Shown in pieces: positions 13,574 to 25,877 of a DNA stretch of 64,000 nucleotides. A program made the translations under genes and the position numbers. How positions within the stretch are numbered: the first letter of the stretch is position 1; every line of letters begins with the position of its first letter. The notes beneath the pieces were generated by a model, which was not told where the DNA came from, ran no database searches, and was given only the letters and a program-made list of their open reading frames with translations. Source of the stretch: Hyaloraphidium curvatum SAG 235-1 (Eukaryota > Fungi > Monoblepharomycota); NCBI GenBank assembly GCA_025558095.1, contig JAIVFI010000006.1, positions 620,001-684,000 on the forward strand. Reading direction: 5' to 3'.

Positions 13574-13837
13574 CCTGCCCACGGGGGCGTCGGGGGCGCG
13601 GTTCGGGGTGGAACCAGGGAGGGGATGCCGCGGGGGCGGGGAGCGCGGCGTGCGGCCCGGCAGAGATGGGACCGGCCGCCGGCGGGAACGGCGAGGGCGG
13701 GCGGAGGCTCTTTCGATTTTCAGCTGGGCCGCCTTCCCGGAAGGAGCGAAGAGGATTCGGTGCGGTCGAGAATTGGCGGACTTTTCCAATCCGAGAGGCG
13801 GACAGAGCACCGAAGCGGCCACTTCAACCCCCCGTCT

Positions 13838-16605
13838 CTACTGCATGCGCTGGGCGAACCCGACCAGACACCTCGCGTAGTTCAGCCCCTCCCTCACCCT
13901 CCCCCAGGTTCGCTCGTGGCTCTCCTTGGCGGCCTCCATGTCCTCCCTGAGCTCCGCAAAGTTGGCCACGAGCTCGTCCCCGTGCACTTTGAGGAACAGG
14001 TTCAGCAGCGTCTCGGGCACCTCGAAGTCGCGGCCGGCATCGAGGGACCACCGTATCGCGCGGAGCAGGCCGCGGAAGTCGGCGAGGCCCCCCGACGGGC
14101 CGAGGTTGCGGATCTCGAAGTCGAGGGCGGTGGGGGAGAGCGACTTGGCGTGGGAGAGCCAGGCTGCGACTGGAATGCGCGGGTCAGATGCGTGGGCGGC
14201 GCGGCAACCGCGTGTGCGCCCACATTCGGCCTCGTCCTCGAGCCCCGCGTGCAGCAGCCTCGCAAACTCGGTCCGCGGGTGCAGCTCGCCCATGCTGAGC
14301 ACCCTCGAGCTCCGCTCCGGCTCGGCGGAGCCGCCGTCGGCCTCGGCGCGGACGAACTTGGGCTGCACGCCCGGAAGGGTGGGGAGGAAGAAGGGCGCCT
14401 GCTCGGGAGCCTTGGGCGGCTGCTTGGGCTTGTTGCGTTTCTGCAGCGCCGGACGAGAGTCAGCATCCCCGCGAGCCGTGCGTCGACTCGAAGCCCCACC
14501 TTGATGCTCTCGAGGTTGAGCAGGCTCTGCCACCTCTGCCTCGGCAGGTCCGACAGCGTCACCGTCCCGTCCTCCACCACCGCCCGCGCTGCCGCCTCCT
14601 CGACCGGCACCGCCAGCGCGCTCTCCTCCACGCCGTCCTCGGACCCCTCCTCGGGCTCCGCGGCCGCCGGCAGCCCCTGCGTGCCGGCCTCGAGCAGCGC
14701 CGCCTCCTCCTCGGGCCCGATCCTGCGCACCTGCACCGCGGCAAACTGCGCCTTGTTGGCCCAGAGGAAGATGCCAACGCTGTCGGCGTGCGCGGTGGCG
14801 AGAAAGTCGCCGCGGGGGGAGAAGGACAGGCTGGTGCAGACGGCGCTGGGGGCGCACAGGTCCACGAGGAAGCCCGTGGGCACGTCCCAGCACCGTATGG
14901 TGCCGTCCATGGACGCCGAGACGACGGTGCGGGCGTCGGGGGAGAAGCACACGTCGGTGAGGCGGTTGCGGTGCCCGCGGAACTCGCGGACCACGCGGCG
15001 GGTCTCCGAGTCGATCACGCGCACCGAAAAGTCGTCGCAGGCGGCGGCGACGAGGCCCGAGGGGCGGTGCATGGCGAGGGAGGTGGCGGACGCGGGGAGC
15101 TCGAGGGAGTGCAGGGGGCGGCCCGTGGCAAAGTCCCAGAAGCGCACGCGGCGGTCCGCGCCGGCCGTCACCGCGATGCGGTTGGCGGCGTCGGTGGCGA
15201 TGCCCGTCACCCTCCCCGCGTGCGCCTTTTCGAGCGCGTAGCGCCGCAGCCCGCTCTGCATGCTGTGCATGGCCACGGCGCCGGCCTCGCTGCCGACGAG
15301 GCCAAAGTGACCGCAGGCCGAGACGCACACAGCGGTCGCCCACGCGCCGTCGGGTGTCCGCAGCAGGTGCTTGCCCAGGGCCAACCTGCGGGTCTCCCAG
15401 GTCCGCACGCCGACGTCGTGCGCGTGCGCCGTGAGCACGTTGGCCCAGTCGCTCTCGCGCGTCTCGGAGGCGTCGATCTCGACGGCCGGCGGGAGCTTCA
15501 GGTCCGAGGGGCGGACGTGCAGCGCCGCGGCCTTTTTCGCGACCGACCCCTGGCTCAGCTCGGCGCTGCGTGCGTCCCGGATCACGCTGACCAGGCGCAC
15601 GCTGCGGTCGCGGCCCGCCGACAGGATGGAGTGGCCCTCGGGCCCGTAGAAGCGGATGCGGGTCGGCGGCGCCGAGTGGCCGGCCCGGTGCCGCAGCAGC
15701 CGCGGCTCGGCTGGGTCGGCGCCGTCGAAGACCCACTCCTTGAGCGAGTTGTCGGGCGACGAGGTGACGAGCAGCGGCTGGCCGGGCACGAACACGCAGG
15801 TGGCGACCGGCCCGTCGTGCGCGCCGCGGGCGACGTGGGCCACGCGGCGCTTCTCGAGGTCCCACAGCGTGACGTCGCCGGCGGGGCCGCCGGTGGCCAT
15901 GAGCGGCGGGCCGTCGGTGCGGAAAGCGACTGCGGTGACGCGGCCCTCCTGGCGCAGCTGTGCGACGGGCTCGTCGTAGCGCAGGTTGTGCAGCGCGACG
16001 GTGCCGTCCGCGAAGCCGACGGCGACGACGTCGACGACGGGCGAGGCGGCGATGCAGGCCACGGGGGCGGCGTGCGGCGGAGCGAAGCGGTGCACCGTTG
16101 CCGCTTTGGCGAAGTTGAACAGCTCCAGCGCGCCCTGCGCCGAGCCGACGACGACCTTGTTGACGTATGTCGGCGGGTGCGCGAGGCACGTTGGCCGGAA
16201 GTCCGCGGGGTCCCACGCGTGGTCGAGCAGCGGGGCCAGCTGGGCGGCGTCCCACGCGAGCAGGCGGTCGCCGGCCAGCGCGAGCAGCACGCCGCCCAGC
16301 AGCAGGAGGGCGGTGACGGGTGCCCCCGCGTCGACCTCGCCGTCCGCCCGCGCCCGCCTGTAGCGCAGCACGCGCCCGCCGCACGCCGCGAAGGTGACGT
16401 CGCCGCCGACCGCAACCGCCGCGATCCTCCGCGGCGCGCGCGGCGACGCGAGCAGCAGCCCGAGCCGCGCGCCGTCGTACACGTGGAAGGCGTCGCCGAC
16501 CGCGGACGTCACGAAGAAGGCGCCGCCGCGCACTGTCACCGCCGCTGCCGCATCGCCCGCGACGTAGCCCAGCGCACGGAACGGCGTGAACGTCCGGAAC
16601 GCCAT
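13838..16605 (-). CDS. UTP21: U3 snoRNP WD40 protein Utp21/WDR36
   Basis: 'FTPFRALGYV', 'HPPTYVNKVVVGS', WD repeats, 'RNKPKQPPKAPEQAPFFLPTL'. Confidence 0.93.
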
Positions 16606-16820
16606 CGCTGGGCGGGCGGGGAGCGACCGCTCCTTTGTTGTCGTTTGTTGGTGGTGTTGATGGAACGGTCGCGCATCATCATCTGCCCCGGATCTCGGGC
16701 GTCCGGATCCACATCGGGGCCATTTATGGAACAGAAAACCCCGGAACATGAGGGTAAAGGGCAAGCTCCGCACCCGGCGGCCCCTCCGTGGGTCGTGTCG
16801 AGCGGAACAGCAGCGAGCCG

Positions 16821-18459
16821 TCACGCCGGCGGGCAGAAGCTCTCCAGCGCGACAAACACCCCCAGTCCCCTGAACACGCTCCACAGCGCCACCCCCAGCG
16901 TCAGCAGCGTCGCCAGCACCGTCCTCACCGCGCCATAGCTGATCGGAAACCCCAGCAGCCTCGCAGTGTACCCGTCCAGGTCCCTGAACGACGCCAGCGC
17001 CCTGTCGTGCCGCTCCAGCTCCGCCGCGAGCGGGTCACCGGGGGGCAGCTGCAGGCCTGCTGTGCGGAGGGCCCGCTGCGCCTCGGCGTAGGCGGACGAG
17101 ACGGCCGAGACGAGCGCGTTGCCCGAGGCGAGGTTGACGGCGTTCACCAGCGAGACGCTGAGGGCGAGGACGGCCCAGAAGAGGAGGTACGCGGGGATGC
17201 AGGATCCCACGGCCTGGTGGGCGGGTCAGGACGGGCACGGATCCCGCGCTGCGGGAATGACCCACAACGTTGGCGACGATGGCGAGGACGACCCCCGGCA
17301 GGATCACCAGCATGATGCCGTTGGTCAGCGTCGCCTGGTCCTGCTTGGCGCGGTCGCGGAGCAGCGCGAGGAACCGCGCGTGCAGCCGGACGTAGAGCCA
17401 CCGGCGTTGCGCGGTCCCGGTCCCCCGCCCGCCGAGGAGGGCGTCGAGCATCGACCGCAGGGCGACGGCGGCGGCGCGCCGGTGCATGCGGATGGCGAGC
17501 TTGGTGAAGGCGAGGTTCCGAATGTTGCAGACGCGGCCGAAGATGTCGAGGACGTAGACGAAGGCGGTCAGCGCTGGAAATGGATTGCGAGCGGATGATA
17601 TGGTCACGTCAGGCTCAAGTTGTGCGGATACCCTGCGCAGCGACCCACCAAAGACAGCTCCGAGGATGCAACACCACCAGGTGGTCCAGAATCGGGGAGC
17701 AAAAGTGACCAACGAGGTCCAAACCGCCGTCAAGAACGAAAGCCAGCCGACGACGGTGAAGAAGAGGGCGTCGAGGCCGACCATCCAGGCGGCAAACTGC
17801 TGCACGTCCCCGACGCAGTCCGCGCACGGGCACAGCTCGTCGGCGGGCCAGTGCTCGACGAGCTGCGAGCGTGCCGCGGGCTTCCCGGAATCTCGAGCCA
17901 GACCCGCGAGCTCGAGCCACCTGAAAAGCCCCGCCGGCGCCGACCTATCCAGCGTCCGTGGGGCTGTCGGCATCGCCATCCCGCGCAGGACGAACGTCGC
18001 CGCCCGGGCCACCGAGAGCACCGCGAACGGCACCAACCCCGCCGCCACCCTCGCGGCGCCGAACGTTCCCCACGCGGCCGCGACGGCCTGCAGGCCCAGC
18101 ATGGCGGCAGCCAGCACGCACGCCGCCAGGGAGTTTTTCCAGCCCTGGGTGGCGACCTTCCTGGATGCTCCCAGGTACAGGAACGCGCGGAGGAACGGGT
18201 TGGAGAAGGCGGCGAGTACTGACTCCAGGGTCGCCGGGTGGGAATCGCGGTAATCCTCGCCCTCGTCCCATTCCTGCTGGGCCGTCTCCGCGCGGCTCAG
18301 GGTGAGCAGCGGTGTTGTGGGCGCGGGGAACAGGGCGACCCAATCCACAGGCGAGAAGTCGCAATCCTCGGTCGGAGAGGGGGCATCGCGGGCCGGCGGG
18401 ACCGGTTCCGCCTTCTCCGCATCCGAGGCGCGTGGTTCTTTCCTTCCCGGGGGATCCAT
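16821..18459 (-). CDS. Polytopic membrane protein, about 7 TM; candidate 7TM ion channel (GRL/DUF3537-like); 2 introns
   Basis: ORFs 17035-18459 and 16821-17210 joined by GT-AG introns; about seven hydrophobic segments; C-terminal 'ARLLGFPISYGAVRTVLATLLTLGVALWSVF'. Confidence 0.6.
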
Positions 18460-18982
18460 CGGCGTTTCGAGCTACAAAGTGACAACGGAGCCAAACGGGA
18501 CGCGGGGATCCTTCCGTGATCGTCAGCCGTCAACCGTCCCCCAGGCGAGAAATGCCGCCGCGCCGTCGCCAGACTCGTTCATCTCTGAAGTTCTATTATC
18601 GACAGTGCCAAGATTCTATGATTGCCTTCGGCGAGCACGAGCACGCACACGTTGGATCGCTTCCTTTCGTCGATCCTACCAGCTCCCCGGCTTCATGGCC
18701 GCACGGTACCAGTCTCATTCGCTGTAAACCTTCAGACGATGATCTAGAAGGCTCGATCAGCGCCCAGCTCCGCGGTGTCGTGATCGCGAGCAACGAAGCC
18801 CGGCCTTGCCACCACCAACTGCCGCCACTACAGAAGTCCGCCTCTCAGACTTCCTGGTTCGAATTCGGGTCCTCGAAAACGAAATCCGTCGCTGTCGACG
18901 TCCTTCAGCCGATGTTCCGCGTCGGATCTCATTGTGCTCGTGTCCGGCCAGCGCGAGATGGGACGCAGAGGTTTCCAGAAGC

Positions 18983-19032
18983 CGGTTCAGCGCACTTCCG
19001 CAGGCAACGGTTCAGCGCACTTCCGCAGGCAA
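18983..19032. repeat. Perfect 25-bp tandem duplication (CGGTTCAGCGCACTTCCGCAGGCAA x2)
   Basis: Directly visible at 18983-19007 and 19008-19032 in a gene-free interval. Confidence 0.9.
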
Positions 19033-19976
19033 CCGGGAACGCGCTGCCGACGAGTTCCCACGGAGAAGGATCGCGGCCAAAGGATCCCGCTCGGCCGCTT
19101 TCCGGCTTTGAGTCGTAAATCAGTACGGATCCGAGAGGGTTGAACGCTTCCCGCGCGAACACGTCTTCCGGTGCAAAGCTTCGGAACATCACTGAGCAGG
19201 AAGCCAACAAGCACGTTCCAAAGGAGGGAATCTGAAAGATTGGGAGCAATGGGAGACGGAAGCGGATCGTCGGGGTCCAGTTTCCGAGGTCAGGTTCGGC
19301 CAGCGTCCCTGGCGGCGAAAGCCGCAGGGTCGTGGGTCCAGTGAATCAGCGGTTCCCGAAGGACTCCGGAAGGGCTCGAAATGGGCTGTTGGGCCTGCGT
19401 TGGCCAGGAACACGGCGATCTTGCGCGCAGGAAAGCTCCGCGGCGGCGCGAGGCAGCTCCGGCCCGCAGCTCCGCCCGCCAGGCCCGGCGCCGGCAGCGG
19501 AGTTATGCGCTCGGGAGCGGCACGTCGGAGCGGCGTTCGGGCGTTTGTGGGGGCGGAGAACGCCTTCGAGCGACGCCTCTTCGCGTCTCGCCCCCCATTC
19601 GCGGCCCACGCGGTCCCTGGCGCCCCTGCGCGGCCAAGGAAGGCCCGGGAGGCGTCTGCGGCTCCCGATGCGGGCGGCGAGGCCCGGCACGTCGCGGCCA
19701 AGGGGACTTCGAGTTTGGACGATGATTCTGCGCGGCCGTCTGCTCCGCCGCACGCGCTCCCATCACTCCAAACGCAACTCGCCAAAGCTCCGGGAAACAG
19801 TGCCCCGTTTGCACCGCGCCGCCGCCGCCGCCTTCCGCCGCCGCGTCGCCGTTTTAAACGGTGCCGCCGTCGCTGACCGCCGCCGCCCAGTGAGCATCGC
19901 GTGGGCCGCTGTCAAACATTGCTGGTTCTGACAGCCCTTCGTCATTCCTTGCCTTCGCACGCACGGCAGCGACACA

Positions 19977-21210
19977 ATGGCGACTGATTCTGTGCAGAAG
20001 CTCAGTACGCCGCTCAGCGGGACCACTCTCACCGAAGTCTCCGCCCCGCCGAGCCCCGCGACGGTCGAACCGCCCGTGCTGCGCATCGAGGCCAGCGACG
20101 GCACCTTGGTGACTCTGCCGCCTTCCCTCGTGAAAGCCAGTCCCATCCTCCAGGACATGCTCGCGGACTGCGGCCCCGGCAGTGCCGGGAAAGCGCCCAA
20201 AATCGACTTCGCTGCGAGCACCTGGACGAAGCTGTTCAAGTTCATCGACAAGGTGGCCAAACTCATCGATCAACAACCGCGAGCTCGGTCCTTCTTCCAT
20301 GCAATCAATCCCGCGGAGACGGTGCCCTGGAAACGCAGCATAAATCTGATGTGCAGATGGCCTCAGATGCACGCAAACTTCGATGCCGCCGAGGCCAAGG
20401 AGCTCCTCGTGCCCTTGGATTATCTCGAGCTCCAGTTGGAAAAGGACGTGGCTGCCCGCACCGTTAGCTATGGGTACGAAGAAGGCGAAATCACTCGGGC
20501 CGAAGCTTTCGGTGCTCTGCCCGTGCCCCTCGTTGTGCACTGCGCCAAGATGGCCGCGGGCGTCCCCGAGAAATGGGAGACCGATTCGGTCCTCGGACCT
20601 ATCGTGCACGAGGATCCCATGACCCGCGCCGAGATCCTCCTTGCTCGCTACGATCCCGATTGGCTGGCTGACTACGCCATGACGGACCAACCCCGTGTCT
20701 GGTCGGGAGCTCAGAGCGACCTCGAGTTCTTCAGGATCCTTGCGGCCAACGCCACGGTGCATGAGTACATGGGCGACAACGGGATTATGGACGTGCTGGG
20801 CGACCGTGCCACCGAGTGGCTCTCCGGCGGCCCCTGGACTGGAAGCGAGATCAAGGCTACCGCCGACGCCCTGCTCCGTGGCAGACGGGCCGTTGCTACG
20901 AAGCAGCTGCTGGGGATGATGCAGCAGGGGAGATACGCTCTTGCAGCAGCCTGGGGCACACTTCAGGATCGACCCCAAGCACTGGAGGGACCGCAAGATC
21001 GACATCGAGCACGTGCTGAGGTACCCGCGAGGGATTGCGATCGCTGCCCGCATCGTCGCCGTCTCCTTGTGGGACCGGCTTTCGGACGGAAGGGAGTTCA
21101 CGGACGAGCAGGCCGACGCGATCTTCGCGGCCTACCCCGGGGAGGAGAAGGCGTTGCTGGAGGTGCTTGGGATCTCGCCGCGCGTGCAGGAAGTTCAGGA
21201 GGAGCAGTAG
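19977..21210 (+). CDS. Hypothetical protein with N-terminal Skp1/BTB-POZ-like domain; frame change near 20890-20950
   Basis: 'VLRIEASDGTLVTLPPSLVKASPILQDMLADC..LLVPLDYLEL' resembles Skp1/BTB; protein-like sequence continues in another frame to TAG 21210. Confidence 0.55.
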
Positions 21211-21598
21211 TTTTCTTGTGGCACTCGCCGGCCAAGCTCACGAGTGGACCCGCACTCCAAGTGCCATTCTCTCTCATTTGTGCAGGTACATGGGCTCGGT
21301 AGAGACTCGACAAAGGCTGCCAATGCCGTTCCAGGTCCCTGATCCGGGCAGATCTGTCCACCATGGTTTCCTTTTCTGTGGTCCTCGCGACGGCTTCCAG
21401 GCGACCTTGGCGTCCTCCACAACGCAATCATCTGTCCCTGGAAAACATCCAAAGCATTCTGCCAGGGGTCTACCCCAGCTCACGGCGATTTTCGTGGCAC
21501 ACGCGTCGCCGAGCTTTGGAGATGGCGGGCGGTCCACGAAGGCTGATCTCGATTCTCGCGACTTCACTTCCACCCCGTCCGCCGGCCGAGCCGGCCCA

Positions 21599-23798
<2,200 letters not shown>

Positions 23799-23802
<4 letters not shown>

Positions 23803-25819
23803 TCCTCGGCCTTGGGCTTCTTGGCCTGGCGGTCGCTGCGCAGCGAGCATAAGCACGGGCTCTTTGTGAGAGCAATATGGATTCTTCGCCTCACCCTTTG
23901 TTTGCGCGAGCTTTCGGGCCCCACGCCGGCGGGTTCTCCTGGAACCGCACGAGCTTGATCTTGCGCGAGGGCGGGTCCGCGAGCGGGTGCTGGGAGAAGT
24001 TGGCCTCGATGCTGCACCGTCCGATCATCAGCCAAGGAAATGTGCGGCGCCGCGACGGCCACGCACCTGGGTTCCACTGACAGGATCCGCGCCGCGACCG
24101 TGTCCCCCTCCAGGCGCTTCGCCGCGACCGGGTTCTTCTTGACCCAGCACCGCATGATGTCCCAGATGACCGAGGGCGGCGCGTCGGTCTTGACGCAGTT
24201 GGCGGCGGTGTGCGTCATCGACACCTTGTAGCCCGCGTTGAGCACCGCCGAGCTACCAAGCGCATGTCAGCCCCAAACTCCGTGCGAAGCGGCACACCGC
24301 CCACCAGAAGGAGACCAGCGACACGACCTGGCAGTGCAGCGTCTGCGCCAGCCCCGACAGTGCCCACGACAGCGGGTTGTCCAGCTCCTCCGAGATGACC
24401 GTGAGCATGCCCAGCATCCTCTCCGCCGTCCCGAACTTGGCCCTGTCCGGCCCCCGCAGCAGCCCCAACATCCTCCCCACGAACTCCCTGTCGTGCAGCG
24501 GGTGCGAGTATATCGGCCCGCCGATGTGGTGCCGGTTCCGGCAGAAGGCGCAGTCCGGGCCGACGGGCGGGCCGGTGGCGACGCCGTAGTGCGGGCCGCC
24601 GCCGGGGCGCTCGGTGGTCTTGCCGATGGGCTGGAGGTGGAAGGTGCGGCAGGTGGAGCAGCTGTAGACCATGGAGGATTTGCTGCGGGGAGGCGTCAGG
24701 GCAAGCGTTGGGATGCGCGCGAAAATCCTCACCTCGCGGCCTCCTTGATCTTCTCGGCGTTGTTGAAAACGCGGATAAAGACGCGGACGTAGAAATCGAT
24801 GCTGCATGAGAGGAGCGGGACGATGGAGCGCCGGTTGCGGGAGGCGGCGGATTGGATGGCGTGGAGGAGGATGCGGAGGGCCTGGGAAGGGATCGAAAGT
24901 CAGTTACGCTCAACAGGTGAGACACACAAACGAGCGCCACCATTTCGTGGGTGTAGGGAGCGTTGGGAACGTTGACGGCGCCGTACTTTGCCCAGCACGC
25001 AGCGCTCTGGCCCCCGCCGGCGAGCACGGCGAGGTCGGTGCAGGTGACGCACAGCAGGCCCCCGTTGGCGACGGCCTGGAGTGCGGCGTCCAAGAAGGGC
25101 GATGCGGAGCCGTATGGGTCCTGGGAAAGGTTGCCGCGTTAGCGAGAGGCCCCTGCTGCAAGAACGTCGAACGCACCAGGTCGATGATATCAAACTTCTC
25201 GGTCGCGCGCCGGTTGTACATGAAGAGCGCCGCATCCGCCTTGTTGGGCACGACCTTCGTGATCGACACGTCGTTGTGCAGCACGTTCCGCTGGATGTTC
25301 TTGACGGCCTGCTCCTCGATGTCGTTGGCGATGATGGTGCCCAGGCCGTCGATCTCCTTGGCGTAGCGGATTGCCCGCAGGCCGGTGGCAGAGAGGGCCT
25401 CCAGCACTGTGTACTGCTTCGTCGACCGCTGCGCCTTGTCCCCCGGGGTACCGTCCGCCGAAGCAGGCCCGGCCGCGGGCTCCGAGGCCGGCTCCGGATC
25501 CGCCTGCTCCCCTGCGTCGTCCTCCTCGGCGTCCTCTCCCCGCTGCTTCCTCTTCCTGGACATTTTCGCGGCGCCCTCCGTGGCCCTCTCCTGATTCCTC
25601 AGGGCCACCCAGGCCTTGATAGCGGCCACGGACTGCGGGGAATGGTTGGCGGGGCGGACTTCGCGGGCGGGATGGTCCCACCATATCCCTGTTGAACTGC
25701 TGCACCGGGTTGTAGAACACCTCGTTCGTGCCTGGGAACAGGATCGTCGCCGAGCCCTCCGTGACGGGGAGGAACTCCTGGCCGTCCTTCACGATCGGCT
25801 GCGGGGCGTCGTCCGACAT
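23799..25819 (-). CDS. TRM1: tRNA (guanine26-N2)-dimethyltransferase (multi-exon)
   Basis: 'EVFYNPVQQFNRD', 'VLEALSATGLRAIRYAKEI', 'DLDPYGSASPFLDAA', 'GLLCVTCTD', 'KTDAPPSVIWDIMRCW'. Confidence 0.95.
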
Positions 25820-25877
25820 GATGTTTGTTGTTGAATCGCCTTTGCCACACGCACCTCCACCTCCACCTCCCTGCCGC

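Noticed and set aside
13199-16938. Long + strand ORFs (680 aa, 716 aa) opposite UTP21/RAC1, and similar shadow ORFs opposite NDOR1, TPA1 and the RRM gene
   Set aside because: Antisense or alternate-frame shadows expected from very high GC3; Arg/Gly/Ala/Pro-rich with no domain motifs
18856-18870. GGTTCGAATTC, resembling a tRNA T-loop or B-box
   Set aside because: No acceptor stem, D-arm or A-box could be built around it
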